Notes: a model not told the origin generated them from the letters alone. Shown: positions 1-10,383, counted from the first letter of the stretch. The stretch: DNA of 64,000 nt from Sphingobacterium sp. (GCA_040392845.1 JBEBVG010000002.1:1141-65140); one strand, 5' to 3'. Numbers and translations: made by a program.

Positions 1-2
1 GC

Positions 3-701
3 ATATGTCCGGGGAATAGAGAAGGATCTGTCACCGAACAAGCTGCAGATGCGGTAAGCTTATTGATAAAAGAAGCTGATTACCTCATTGATATGCATAC
101 GGGTGGTTTGCTGTATGATATCTATCCGATGGTGGGCTATATGTTGCATAGCAACCCGGAAATTCTGGAGAAACAACAGCAAATGGCCATCGCCAGTGGT
201 TTTCCCTTGATCTGGGGGACAGATAGCCGCCCCGATGGGCGCACGTTATCCGTGGCAAGAGATCATGGTATACCAGCCATATATTTTGAATATGGGGGAG
301 GAACAGGCTTTCGGGAACAGGTAGTAGAGACTTACAAGGAGGCTTGTATACGGGTACTGGCTGATTTAGGGCTCTTTGAGGGACTACCTCCTATTCAAAA
401 CAGATATAATTATTGGTTGGAAGATGAACGGCCGAATAGCGGTCACCTACAGGTAAAAATGCCTGCTCCGGCGGAAGGAATCTATACGGCTTCGGTAAGA
501 ATAGGTGATCATATCCGAAAAGGGCAGTTATTTGGCGAGATAGCAGACCCTTTATCCAAAGAGATCCACCCCATATTTGCCAATGAGGACGGATTGGTCT
601 TTCTGTTGCGGACGGGCGTATATGTCAAAATAGGAGAAGCTCTGGGAGGTGTATTAGCAGTCGAATTGTTTAACAAAAAAAGAATAAAAGAAAATGAGTG
701 A
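3..701 (+). CDS. Succinylglutamate desuccinylase/aspartoacylase (AstE/AspA, M14-like) deacylase, 5'-truncated by the window
   Basis: Frame is open from position 3 (ICPGNREGSVTEQ...). It has LIDMHTGG and FEYGGG motifs plus a C-terminal barrel-sandwich-hybrid segment (PAPAEG...G..V..GE.LG). Confidence 0.8.
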   Translation: MCPGNREGSVTEQAADAVSLLIKEADYLIDMHTGGLLYDIYPMVGYMLHSNPEILEKQQQMAIASGFPLIWGTDSRPDGRTLSVARDHGIPAIYFEYGGGTGFREQVVETYKEACIRVLADLGLFEGLPPIQNRYNYWLEDERPNSGHLQVKMPAPAEGIYTASVRIGDHIRKGQLFGEIADPLSKEIHPIFANEDGLVFLLRTGVYVKIGEALGGVLAVELFNKKRIKENE

Positions 702-1518
702 TAGGGCATCACGTAAGGTGGCTATTGTTACTGGAGCGACACGAGGAATCGGTCGTAGCACAGCTATCAAGCTTGCCGAAATGGGCTATCATATAGCTTT
801 AGTAGGCCGAAATTGTGAGGAACTAATTGTGGTCAAACAGATCGTTGAGCGGCTTGCTGATACTCATGCTATCGTTTGTGCCGGAGATTTGGCCGATATC
901 TGTTTTTGGGATGAGATCATTGAAAAATCGATAAATACATGGGGACGTATTGATCTTTTGATCAATAACGCAGCTTGGAGAAGTATCGAACCAATGTCTG
1001 AGATAGATGTGAACACTTGGGAAAGGACGATTCGCATATGTTTGACCGCTCCCGCATTTTTGGCGAAGAAAGCTGCCAAGATAATGTTGGAAAAGGCTCA
1101 GGGAGGAGTGATTGTCAATGTATCCAGTGTGATGTCGCAGCGTACAGGAGGCTATAGTCCGGCATATGCCGTATGCAAAGGAGGAATGGAAAGCTTGAGC
1201 TATGAATTGGCGACATTATATGGCCCCTCTAATATTCGTGTACTATGTCTCAATCCAGGCAATGTGCAGACCGATATGAGTGGAGATTATCAAGATAGCC
1301 AAGGTAATGATGTAAGCCATACAATAGGAGCAGATATGATTGATCATACGCCACTCAAAAGAGCAGCGACTCCTGACGAGATTGCGAACACCATAGCTTG
1401 GCTTTCTTCTCAAGAAGCTTCATATATGACCGGTACAACAGTTGTGGTAGACGGAGGTTTTACGCACAACTTTAACAGCTATTCCATAAAGAAATTACAA
1501 TTCCCGCATCTGTTTTGA
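694..1518 (+). CDS. Short-chain dehydrogenase/reductase (classical SDR)
   Basis: TGATRGIG, NNAA, YAVCK (YxxxK), PG, VDGG motifs; overlaps the upstream gene by 8 nt. Confidence 0.9.
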   Translation: MSDRASRKVAIVTGATRGIGRSTAIKLAEMGYHIALVGRNCEELIVVKQIVERLADTHAIVCAGDLADICFWDEIIEKSINTWGRIDLLINNAAWRSIEPMSEIDVNTWERTIRICLTAPAFLAKKAAKIMLEKAQGGVIVNVSSVMSQRTGGYSPAYAVCKGGMESLSYELATLYGPSNIRVLCLNPGNVQTDMSGDYQDSQGNDVSHTIGADMIDHTPLKRAATPDEIANTIAWLSSQEASYMTGTTVVVDGGFTHNFNSYSIKKLQFPHLF

Positions 1519-2618
1519 AAAGTATATGGAAATATGAACAATTGCTGCCGAAGGTCGGTAGCGCACATCAACTCTCAATAGGAGAGGGTGGTACGCCTTT
1601 GGCCAGATCCAAAAATATTGGACCGTCTTTAGGACTTAAAAACCTATACTTTAAATTGGAAAATCTGAACCCCTCCGGATCCTATAAAGATAGGTTTGCG
1701 GCCTTGGCCCTGTCACAGATACAGGAGCAGGGAGTAGGGTTTTGCCTGGCGACTTCCAGTGGTAATACGGGTGCTGCCTTAGCGGCCTACAGTGCCGTAG
1801 CTCACATACCCTGCTTCTTGGCTATTGTGGATGGTGCCCCCGAAGGGAAGCTCACGCAGATGCGGGCCTATGGAGCGGAGACACTGATGGTAAGGGATTT
1901 TGGAAAAGATGCCGAAGTTACGCAGGACACGATGACATTGTTGGAACAAATTGCTCTGTCGTACGATAGCGTGGTACAGGTCAGTGCTTTTCGGTACAGT
2001 CCTTCTGCCATGCAAGGTGTACAAACCATAGCCTATGAAATTGCCGAGCAGTTGGGACAAGAAAAAGTACAGGTATTTGTGCCTGCAGGAGGAGGAGGTC
2101 TGACATTGGCCATTTGCAAAGGGATTGACAGATGGGCACAGGAGTACCAGGGGTATGTAAAGCCGACTATACATTGTGTGCAGCCTGAGGGTAACGATAC
2201 CATAGCAACAGCTATCCGGAATCAGCTACAACAGGCAACTGCTATCGCTACGAGTACAACTGCCGTTAGCGGTTTGCAGGTTCCTGGTGTGCTGGACGGA
2301 GACGAAGTACTAAAATACTGTATGAATAATGCAGGGATGGGGCATACTGTAAAGGATGAAGAAGTATTTGCCTGGCAACAACGGTTGGCACTGGAAGAGG
2401 GAATTTTCTGTGAACCCGCGGGGGCTGTTGCTTTGGCTGGGTTGGCAAATGCCTTAAAGAATAAAGAAATCGATACAGCAGCTGCGGCAGTTTGCATCGT
2501 GACAGGACACGGATTTAAGGATCCTGTCTCTGTACAACGTATGGCTTCCGCATCAGATCTGCTGTATATGGGCAATATCGCAGAGATGAAAGAATATATA
2601 ACGAGAAGAATTAAATAA
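1515..2618 (+). CDS. Threonine-synthase-like fold-type II PLP enzyme (probable beta-eliminating ammonia-lyase)
   Basis: KLENLNPSGSYKDR (PLP lysine), SSGNTG, PAGGGG, EPAGA, VTGHGFKDP. The TTG start overlaps the upstream TGA. Confidence 0.85.
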   Translation: MKSIWKYEQLLPKVGSAHQLSIGEGGTPLARSKNIGPSLGLKNLYFKLENLNPSGSYKDRFAALALSQIQEQGVGFCLATSSGNTGAALAAYSAVAHIPCFLAIVDGAPEGKLTQMRAYGAETLMVRDFGKDAEVTQDTMTLLEQIALSYDSVVQVSAFRYSPSAMQGVQTIAYEIAEQLGQEKVQVFVPAGGGGLTLAICKGIDRWAQEYQGYVKPTIHCVQPEGNDTIATAIRNQLQQATAIATSTTAVSGLQVPGVLDGDEVLKYCMNNAGMGHTVKDEEVFAWQQRLALEEGIFCEPAGAVALAGLANALKNKEIDTAAAAVCIVTGHGFKDPVSVQRMASASDLLYMGNIAEMKEYITRRIK

Positions 2619-2635
2619 GAAATAAACAGTGGAAT

Positions 2636-3538
2636 ATGGAAAATAAATTTAAAGGGGTCTGGCCGGCAATGTTCACTCCAGTGGATGCTGAAGGTAATAT
2701 TGCGGTCACCGAGTTGAGAAAGCTGGTGGAGTTATTGATATCCCAGGACATGGATGGTTTGTATATCCTGGGATCGACAGGGCAAGGCGTTCTGTTTACG
2801 GAAGAGCAGCGAAAGAATGTCTTGGAACAAGTTATGGAAATCAATGCAGGACGACTACCCATTATGGTACAAGTGGGGGCAATGACGACGAACGAATCTG
2901 TAAGGTTGACAAAGCATGCCGCAACATTGGGGGTAGATGGTATATCATCTGTTGGACCGATTTATTTCTCAGGAAATCAAGATACGGCATTAGAGCATTA
3001 TCGTCAGATAGCTGCTGCATCTGATTTGCCCTTTTTTCCGTACCAGTTGGGTAACAATACCATGGGCAATATTACGGCGTTTGTAGATGAGTTATTAAAA
3101 ATACCTACCCTGAGGGGGATGAAATTGACCACAGGACAACTATTGGAAATAGCTATCATTAAGAACCATGTAGGAGACCGTCTACAACTATTTAGTGGTG
3201 CGGATGAATTGATGTGTCATGCAGCTTTGTGTGGAACATCGGGTGCTATAGGCACGTTCTATAATCTTTGGGGGCCAACATGTAAAGCTGCTTTGACCGC
3301 TTTTAAACAAGGTAACTATACATTTGCGAAAGAGTTTATGTTAGAGTTTCAAAAAGCAATCCTACATGTACTGCCCAATATATGGACGTTTTTGAGACAG
3401 GCTATGCAGCTTAGGCACGGTATTGATATCGGTCAGACAAAGGCACCCTTAGGTACAATGCAAAAAACGTGGGATAATAACGAAATTCAAGCCATTTCAG
3501 ATAAAATTGAATCGATGGTAGATATATCAGTAGCATAA
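2636..3538 (+). CDS. DHDPS/N-acetylneuraminate lyase-family aldolase, NanA-like
   Basis: GSTGQG, catalytic Tyr (FFPY), Schiff-base Lys (GMKLT), and NAL-type SGADE and GAIGTFYN motifs. Confidence 0.85.
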   Translation: MENKFKGVWPAMFTPVDAEGNIAVTELRKLVELLISQDMDGLYILGSTGQGVLFTEEQRKNVLEQVMEINAGRLPIMVQVGAMTTNESVRLTKHAATLGVDGISSVGPIYFSGNQDTALEHYRQIAAASDLPFFPYQLGNNTMGNITAFVDELLKIPTLRGMKLTTGQLLEIAIIKNHVGDRLQLFSGADELMCHAALCGTSGAIGTFYNLWGPTCKAALTAFKQGNYTFAKEFMLEFQKAILHVLPNIWTFLRQAMQLRHGIDIGQTKAPLGTMQKTWDNNEIQAISDKIESMVDISVA

Positions 3539-3539
3539 A

Positions 3540-3920
3540 ATGAAAGATAAAACAGTTATAACAGGAAGTGATGTGCCTACAAGTTCTCTGCCTTTTTCGC
3601 CAGCTGTACAATCTGGAGAATATGTGTTTGTATCAGGGCAAGCTTCAGTGGATAAAGAAGGAAATATCGTTATAGGAACATTTGAAGAAGAGTGTAGACG
3701 GTCATTTGAAAACTTAAACAGTATATTGCAAGCAGCAGGCTTGACCTTTGATGATATCATTCAAGTAAGGAATTATGTCGGCAGACAAGAAGATCTCCCC
3801 CTGTTCAATCAGATTTACAAAGATTACTTTAAGGCTCCGTATCCCGCACGAACCACATTGATCGGCTGTCTGGGAGATCTGTTGAAGTTTGAAGTGGACG
3901 TGATTGCAAAGGCAAAATAG
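3540..3920 (+). CDS. RidA/YjgF-family imine/enamine deaminase
   Basis: PFSPAV, FVSGQ, PART (catalytic Arg), KFEVDVIA. Confidence 0.9.
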   Translation: MKDKTVITGSDVPTSSLPFSPAVQSGEYVFVSGQASVDKEGNIVIGTFEEECRRSFENLNSILQAAGLTFDDIIQVRNYVGRQEDLPLFNQIYKDYFKAPYPARTTLIGCLGDLLKFEVDVIAKAK

Positions 3921-3927
3921 ATTCGGT

Positions 3928-6270
3928 ATGGCCTTTCGAGTAGCACTTTTGGGAATTTATCATGAATCGAATACTTTTATCGATACACCTACCACCGTAG
4001 TTGATTTTGAAAATAGTCATCTGTTAGTAGGAGAGGATATTTGTCGTGAATACCGAGTTGCACATCATGAAATAGGTGGTATGTTGGAAGTGATGGATTT
4101 GGAAGGTATAGCAGTGGTACCCATCTTGTTTGCCGAAGCTACTCCAGGAGGTGTGATTACCGGGGATACTTATGAGGCATTGACAAAAAGGATGTTCCAG
4201 GAGTTGGACAAGGCCGGTTCTATCGACGGTTGTCTGGTAGTTGTGCACGGGGCTGCCGTCAGCGAGTATGTGAAAGACATGGATGGTGATTGGTTGAGAC
4301 GGTTGCGAGAGAAAGTGGGACCACGGATTCCGGTAGTTGGCACATTGGATTTACATGCTAACGTGAGCCGACAAATGGTTGAGGTTACCAATGCTCTCGT
4401 GGCCTATAAGCAAAACCCTCATTTGGATCAACGTAATAGGGGAAAAGATGCAGCACACATATTAGTGCATATGCTAAAAGACCGGGTTGCGGTTGTTCAG
4501 CACCTGATTCAGGTACCAGTAGCTATCAGTATAGAGCAACAATTTACGCAAAATGGACCTTGCAAAGATCTATATGAGCAAGCAAGCCAATCGAGCAGTG
4601 AAAAGAATGTTTTAGCAGTGAGTATCGCTTTAGGCTTTCCTTATGCAGATGTAAGCGAAATGGGAACTTCCGTAATTGTAGTTGTGGAACAGCATAAAGC
4701 TTTAGCAGTACAAATAGCCCAAAAGCTTGAAGAATATATTTGGCAGAATAGACATCGATATGTCGGAGAAAAAACTAACGTAGAGCAGGCTATTGCAAAA
4801 TTGAATAATTTCGACAAGCCAGCGTTATTCCTCGACATGGGTGATAACATAGGAGGCGGGGCGCCAGGTAATGGACTTAGCCTGATACGAGCCTTAGAGA
4901 GCGAAGCGAAATACAATTATTTCAGTTATGTTTATGATCCCGACGCTGTTGCTTTGCTCGAAGATCAGAGAACAGATGGGTATTTCCCTCTAGTATTGAA
5001 AGGCTTTGATGAATCTGGGGATACACAGCTGACAGTAAACGCACATCTACTAAATCTGACGGATGGTGTATTTCAGGAAGACAGACCCCGTCACGGTGGG
5101 CAGGTGCAATACGATATGGGAAGGACAGCTATTGTAAAAACAGAACAAGGAGGTGTGTTGATGTTATCCACACTTCGCGTGCCCCCGTTTAGTTTAAAAC
5201 AGGTGACTTCTTTTGGTGTAGCCCCCGAAGATTTTGATGTTCTTATTGCTAAGGGAGTTAATGCGCCCATAGCGGCGTATTCACCGGTTTGTAAAAGTAT
5301 TGTTCAGGTGGATACTCCTGGCGTGACCCAAGCGGATATGACACGGTTTATGTACCACAACAGACGAAAACCCTTGTTTCCTTTTGAAGAAAATATAGAT
5401 ACAGCCTCTATCCATATACCAAAGGAATATATACAGACACAACCTTTCTACACCGAAGGACCTGTGGTCGATGACGCCGGAAATCTGTATTTCACGGATC
5501 TGAAAGGTCAGGCCATCTCCCGTATAGATGCACACAGCCAAATAGAGAAATGGGCATCTGCCCAATGCCCCAATGGGCAGGCAATAGATAGATACGGCAG
5601 TCATCTGGTCTGTGAAAGTGTGGAGGGAAAAATCATAAAATTTGATCATAATGGAAATTATAAAGCCACGATTGTATCCGGCTATTGCGCCGGCCGGCAG
5701 GTGCATGTACCCAATGATGTGATAGTTGGCAAAAAAGGAGGTATATTTTTCACAGATTCTATCCGTAATAAAGGAAAAGTCTTCCATATAGATGAAAGCG
5801 GAAACGAAACGGTATTGGCAGAAAAGCTTGATTATCCAAACGGACTGATATTGTCGTCATCGGAAGAGATGCTGTACATTGCCGAAAGTTATGAAAACAG
5901 AATACTTTGTTTCAAACGCAATCAATCTACCCAAGAATGGGAAAAAGAAGTTTTTGCAGATCTGCCTGCACATATTTCTGGAAAAGCGGAAGATAATCTG
6001 CCAGACGGTATCGCATTCGACAGTGAGGGACGATTGTGGGTGGCACACTATGGTATGGGAGCGCTACAGATCCTGAGCTCCAAAGGAGATTTGTTAGCCA
6101 CCGTGTACACAGGATTTCCTTTGGTCAGTAATGTTTGCTTCATACCGCAAGACAATAGTATGTTCGTGACTGGAGGATTTGGAGAACCCGGTCCCGGAGC
6201 TATATTACGTATCGAACTGAACAGGATAAATCAGAGAATACAAAATGAGGATCAAACGAGATATAATTAA
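3928..6270 (+). CDS. M81/MlrC-family metallo-deacylase fused to a C-terminal SMP-30/gluconolactonase beta-propeller
   Basis: N-terminal part has HESNTF, HGA, LDLHAN, PHLD and DMGDNIGGGAPG and ends at RKPLFPFE (~5388). C-terminal part has TEGP, PNG, PND and PDG motifs. ATG 3928 preferred over TTG 3904. Confidence 0.85.
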   Translation: MAFRVALLGIYHESNTFIDTPTTVVDFENSHLLVGEDICREYRVAHHEIGGMLEVMDLEGIAVVPILFAEATPGGVITGDTYEALTKRMFQELDKAGSIDGCLVVVHGAAVSEYVKDMDGDWLRRLREKVGPRIPVVGTLDLHANVSRQMVEVTNALVAYKQNPHLDQRNRGKDAAHILVHMLKDRVAVVQHLIQVPVAISIEQQFTQNGPCKDLYEQASQSSSEKNVLAVSIALGFPYADVSEMGTSVIVVVEQHKALAVQIAQKLEEYIWQNRHRYVGEKTNVEQAIAKLNNFDKPALFLDMGDNIGGGAPGNGLSLIRALESEAKYNYFSYVYDPDAVALLEDQRTDGYFPLVLKGFDESGDTQLTVNAHLLNLTDGVFQEDRPRHGGQVQYDMGRTAIVKTEQGGVLMLSTLRVPPFSLKQVTSFGVAPEDFDVLIAKGVNAPIAAYSPVCKSIVQVDTPGVTQADMTRFMYHNRRKPLFPFEENIDTASIHIPKEYIQTQPFYTEGPVVDDAGNLYFTDLKGQAISRIDAHSQIEKWASAQCPNGQAIDRYGSHLVCESVEGKIIKFDHNGNYKATIVSGYCAGRQVHVPNDVIVGKKGGIFFTDSIRNKGKVFHIDESGNETVLAEKLDYPNGLILSSSEEMLYIAESYENRILCFKRNQSTQEWEKEVFADLPAHISGKAEDNLPDGIAFDSEGRLWVAHYGMGALQILSSKGDLLATVYTGFPLVSNVCFIPQDNSMFVTGGFGEPGPGAILRIELNRINQRIQNEDQTRYN

Positions 6271-7330
6271 TATTTTACTTATGAGCATGGCTTTGAGCAG
6301 TAGCGCACTGTGTGTGTCGCAGGAAAGGGAAAGATCTGATTACGATTTGCCACCATTGCCCAGTGCACAGGGGAAAGCGGGTATGTTTGCAGGTGTGAGC
6401 CAAGGTAAACTCATCTGTATGGGTGGGGCAAATTTCCCCGAAGGATACCCTTGGGAAGGAGGAACGAAAAAATGGTACGATGATATATATGTGTATGACA
6501 GGGAGAAGGACTATTGGCAACATATGCGCGAAGATATGCCTTGTGCGGCAGGTTATGGCGTATCAGCAACTTACAAGGAGAAAATCTGGATTGTAGGCGG
6601 AAGCAATGAAGAGGGCCATCTATCGGCTATCCGGAGTGCGGAATACGATAACGGAAACATCAAATGGAAAAAATATCCCGATCTGCCACATGCGCTTGCC
6701 AATATGTCCGGTGCGCTTGTAGGCAGTCTCCTGATTGTTGTCGGAGGTATGGAAACACCTGTGTCATCGACTCTTCACGCTTGCTACGGCATGGACCTGG
6801 ACGCTCCGGATCAAGGCTGGTCTGTATTGCCCAGCTGGCCCGGACCAGAACGGATTCTTCCAGTGTGTGGAACATACAACGGTAAGCTGTATATGTTCAG
6901 TGGAGAGCATACGATTGAAAATTCCTTGGGAATGAAGCAAAGAAATATCCTGAAGGATGCCTACTCATTTCAACCGCGTAAAGACGGCAATCTTTGGACA
7001 GGGGATTGGATAAAACTGGGGGACATTCCTCGCGGCATGTCTGCTGGAGCCAGCCCGGCTCCTCTTATTCACGGGGAAAGATTTAGACTTTGGGGCGGAG
7101 TGGATAGGGTGACGGCTTTGCATACGGATCCGGTTACGCATCCGGGAATTCCGGCTACTGTGCTTTGGTATTATCCCGAGACAGATTCCTGGCAATATGA
7201 CATACAGCAATCCTCAGAAAAAGGTAGGGTGACGTTACCTACAGTTTTGTACCAGGGGCGTCACTATTATATCAGTGGAGAGATCAGACCGGGGGTGCGG
7301 ACGAATATGATTACGGGAGTAAATAATTAG
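6245..7330 (+). CDS. Secreted Kelch-repeat protein, NanM-like (sialic acid mutarotase/cyclically permuted mutarotase family)
   Basis: N-terminal signal peptide, GG-containing Kelch repeats, GGANFP, and terminal SGEIRPGVRT resembling NanM GE(I)KPGLRT. Confidence 0.75.
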   Translation: MRIKRDIINILLMSMALSSSALCVSQERERSDYDLPPLPSAQGKAGMFAGVSQGKLICMGGANFPEGYPWEGGTKKWYDDIYVYDREKDYWQHMREDMPCAAGYGVSATYKEKIWIVGGSNEEGHLSAIRSAEYDNGNIKWKKYPDLPHALANMSGALVGSLLIVVGGMETPVSSTLHACYGMDLDAPDQGWSVLPSWPGPERILPVCGTYNGKLYMFSGEHTIENSLGMKQRNILKDAYSFQPRKDGNLWTGDWIKLGDIPRGMSAGASPAPLIHGERFRLWGGVDRVTALHTDPVTHPGIPATVLWYYPETDSWQYDIQQSSEKGRVTLPTVLYQGRHYYISGEIRPGVRTNMITGVNN

Positions 7331-7349
7331 AATAGAGGTTATATTCCAA

Positions 7350-8282
7350 ATGATACGAGAAATAAAAAAAACCGTCACTCCTTTGACTTTAGGTACAGTA
7401 CAGATAGGTATGGCCTATGGTATAGCCAATGAAGAAGGAAAACCCGATATGGAGGTGGGCCATCAGATTCTAAGAAAAGCGGCAGACTTGGGGGTGACTA
7501 CCTGGGATACTTCCCGACATTACGGTGTCTCTGAAAAAGTGATTGGAAATTTTCTAAACAACAATGCGTCCTATAACCCATTTGTTATCAGTAAATTCAA
7601 ATGGAGTGATCCGGCATTGGAAAATGAAAAACTTGCAATGCAAGAGGCATTAGCACATTTGCGCACTAGTTTGCAGGTTTTGGGACAGGAACAGCTTCCG
7701 ATATTATTATATCATACAGATAAGAACCAGGACATCGTACGCGTGATAAATATTTTGCCGGGAGTATTCAGATTATTGAGAGAAGAAGGGTTGATCAAGG
7801 CAGGGGGAATATCTTTATATTATCCGAAGGATGCCACGGCTATTTTAGATGAGCCTGAGATTGCGGCGGTACAACTGCCCATGAATGTGTTTGACCAACG
7901 TTTATTGGCGAATAAGGCCATGGAGGAACTGGCCGATGCCGAAAAATTAGTTTTTGTCCGCAGTGTTTTTTTACAAGGCCTGTTTTTCTTAACGGAAGAT
8001 AAGCTCCCCCCCTCTTTGAAAGGAGCTACGTATTATATCGATGAGCTCAAAAAATTGGCTGATCGTGCAGAAATGACTGTTGCGCAATTTGCTTTTTCTT
8101 ATGTCCGGGATATCAAGGGAGTCAGTAGCATTGTGTTTGGAGCAGATAATGTCGAACAAGTGGAGCAAAACGTTCAATTATTGAACGGTAAATCTATCCC
8201 GGACGAAATTAGGGAAAGGGCCCATAAAATATTTGGCGATATCGATGAGCGAATCATTACGCCGGGATTATGGAAGTTATAA
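7350..8282 (+). CDS. Aldo/keto reductase
   Basis: LGTVQIG..YG, WDTSRHYG.SE (Asp/Tyr), ISK, LLYH, QLPMNVFDQR, RSVFLQG. Confidence 0.88.
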   Translation: MIREIKKTVTPLTLGTVQIGMAYGIANEEGKPDMEVGHQILRKAADLGVTTWDTSRHYGVSEKVIGNFLNNNASYNPFVISKFKWSDPALENEKLAMQEALAHLRTSLQVLGQEQLPILLYHTDKNQDIVRVINILPGVFRLLREEGLIKAGGISLYYPKDATAILDEPEIAAVQLPMNVFDQRLLANKAMEELADAEKLVFVRSVFLQGLFFLTEDKLPPSLKGATYYIDELKKLADRAEMTVAQFAFSYVRDIKGVSSIVFGADNVEQVEQNVQLLNGKSIPDEIRERAHKIFGDIDERIITPGLWKL

Positions 8283-8308
8283 CTAAACAATATTAATTAA
8301 TCGAATAG

Positions 8309-9109
8309 ATGGATAATGTATTTAAACGTTTTTCCCTGAAGGGAAAAGTTGTTGTCGTAACAGGGGGAGCAGGTTTGTATGGTCAACCCATTTGTACAGC
8401 TTTGGCCGAAGCCGGAGCATTGGTCGTCATAGCATCCCGGGATGAGAGGAAGTGTACAGAGTTTGCAAGATCCTTGTCTGAGAAAGGATATCAGGCTATA
8501 GGAAAAGCCCTAGATCTGGCAGATGAAAACAATATCCAAAATTTTGTAAAGGATATCGCCTCTACTTATGGAAGTATTGATGTATTGGTCAACAATGCGG
8601 TATCACGCGAGGGGTTTAAAAACCTTGATGATATGAGCAAATTGGAATGGGAAGCTTCTCAGCAGATCAACTCCACGGGAATGATGCTCATCACAAAAGA
8701 AGTACTGCAGCAGATGCGCGCGCAGCAATCGGGCAATATCATCAATATCGGTTCTATTCAGGGAGTGGTAGGCCCTAATTTTCCTGTTTATGGTGATACG
8801 GGGATGACAAGTCCAATAAATTATACCTATGATAAGTGGGCAATGATTGGCTTTACAAAATGGATAGCCAACTATTACGGCAAATTTAATATTCGGGCCA
8901 ATTGCATTAGCCCAGGTGGCTATGGCCCGGGTATAGCCGAAGCTATAGGCGAAAACGAATTTGTACACAATTATAAAAGACTAACACCCCTTGGCCGCTT
9001 TGCGGATGAAAACGACATACAGGGGCCAATATTGTTTTTGGCATCGGAGGCTTCGGCCTATGTGACCGGACACAATCTATTGGTAGACGGCGGTTGGACA
9101 AGTTGGTAA
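8309..9109 (+). CDS. Short-chain dehydrogenase/reductase (PtmA-like by motif)
   Basis: TGGAGLYG, NNA, SIQG, YTYDK, ISPGG, GHNLLVDGGW. Confidence 0.88.
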   Translation: MDNVFKRFSLKGKVVVVTGGAGLYGQPICTALAEAGALVVIASRDERKCTEFARSLSEKGYQAIGKALDLADENNIQNFVKDIASTYGSIDVLVNNAVSREGFKNLDDMSKLEWEASQQINSTGMMLITKEVLQQMRAQQSGNIINIGSIQGVVGPNFPVYGDTGMTSPINYTYDKWAMIGFTKWIANYYGKFNIRANCISPGGYGPGIAEAIGENEFVHNYKRLTPLGRFADENDIQGPILFLASEASAYVTGHNLLVDGGWTSW

Positions 9110-9147
9110 TATTCATTTAAGAGCGATAAAAACTGAAATAATAGATT

Positions 9148-10383
9148 ATGGCTTCAATAGAAAGTAAAACAACACCCCGGGCCTGGCTGGTCGTGGCTTT
9201 ATTGTGTGTGGTCGCCTTGCTCAACTACATAGACCGCACGATGATTACGACGATGCGAGGTTCGATTGTGGATGCCATTCCCATGACAGATGCACAGTTT
9301 GGCCTTTTGACGGCAGTGTTTCTTTGGATATATGGTTTTTTAAGTCCTGTGGCGGGCTACATGGCAGATCGCTTTAGTAAAAGCAAGGTCGTGCTAATTA
9401 GTCTTGGTATATGGTCTTTGGTGACATGGATGACCGCTTATGCCCAGACCTTTGAACAGCTTTTATTGACGCGGGCATTGATGGGTATCAGCGAAGCTTG
9501 TTATATACCGGCAGCTCTTGCATTGATTATGGATTATCATAGAGGCAATACACGTTCGCTTGCTACAGGTATACATATGGCAGGCATTATGGCAGGGCAG
9601 AGCTTAGGCTTTATTGGGGGATGGATGGCAGAGGCATATAAATGGAATACCGCATTTTGGTTTTTTGGGGCTTTTGGAATACTTTACTCTTTAGTGCTGG
9701 TTTTCCTCTTAAAAGATGCTCCAGCCAGAATAGAAAATGAAAAACCGTCCGAACAACAAAAGATAAATTTCGGTAAAGGTATGGCTTACCTGTTTCGACA
9801 ACGTTCTTTTATGCTGTTGCTTATATTTTTCGCTTTGGTCAGTATATTGACCTGGTTGATTGTCGGGTGGTTGCCCACCTATTTCAAAGAACAATTCGGT
9901 TTATCTCAAACGATGGCCGGCGTATATTCGACAGCATATATTTTTACATCAGCAATCGTTGGCGTGCTATTGGGAGGATTTCTTGCAGATAGGTTCAGCC
10001 GTCGAAATCCGAAAGGAAGAATCTGGGTTCCTGCTATAGGGTTATTGATTGCTGCTCCGGCAATTTTTTTAGCCAGTTATACGACAGTTTTACCTGTTGC
10101 TATTTTTTGCTTTATCACGTACACGATTACGAAATCTTTCAGTGATTCGAATACGATGCCTATACTCAGCATGATTGTCGATCCCCGGTATAGGGCCACA
10201 GGGTATGGTATTCTGAATTGTTGCGGTACCATCGTTGGCGGTATAGCACTTTACTATGGTGGATTTTTGAGGGATGCCGATATCAGTTTGAGCGCAATCT
10301 ATCAGTTTGCTGTTCTATTTATAATAGCAGCAGCGATTACATTATTATATATCCGTCCTCGAAAAGAGTTTATTGAAAATTAG
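9148..10383 (+). CDS. MFS sugar-acid transporter (ACS/Bacteroidota NanT-like)
   Basis: About 12 hydrophobic helices; LLNYIDR, GYMADRFSK, RALMGISEACYIPAALALIMDYH. Confidence 0.85.
   Translation: MASIESKTTPRAWLVVALLCVVALLNYIDRTMITTMRGSIVDAIPMTDAQFGLLTAVFLWIYGFLSPVAGYMADRFSKSKVVLISLGIWSLVTWMTAYAQTFEQLLLTRALMGISEACYIPAALALIMDYHRGNTRSLATGIHMAGIMAGQSLGFIGGWMAEAYKWNTAFWFFGAFGILYSLVLVFLLKDAPARIENEKPSEQQKINFGKGMAYLFRQRSFMLLLIFFALVSILTWLIVGWLPTYFKEQFGLSQTMAGVYSTAYIFTSAIVGVLLGGFLADRFSRRNPKGRIWVPAIGLLIAAPAIFLASYTTVLPVAIFCFITYTITKSFSDSNTMPILSMIVDPRYRATGYGILNCCGTIVGGIALYYGGFLRDADISLSAIYQFAVLFIIAAAITLLYIRPRKEFIEN

Noticed and set aside
1515-2618. Calling the PLP enzyme thrC
   Set aside because: There is no thrA/thrB nearby; the neighbours (RidA, aldolase, deacylases) point to a catabolic paralog.
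3928-5388. Microcystin degradation (mlr) cluster
   Set aside because: No mlrA/mlrB/mlrD; MlrC-family domains are widespread outside that pathway.
5281-5787. 168-aa antisense ORF (and the many other short antisense ORFs in the track)
   Set aside because: Shadow frames of well-supported genes with no family motifs.
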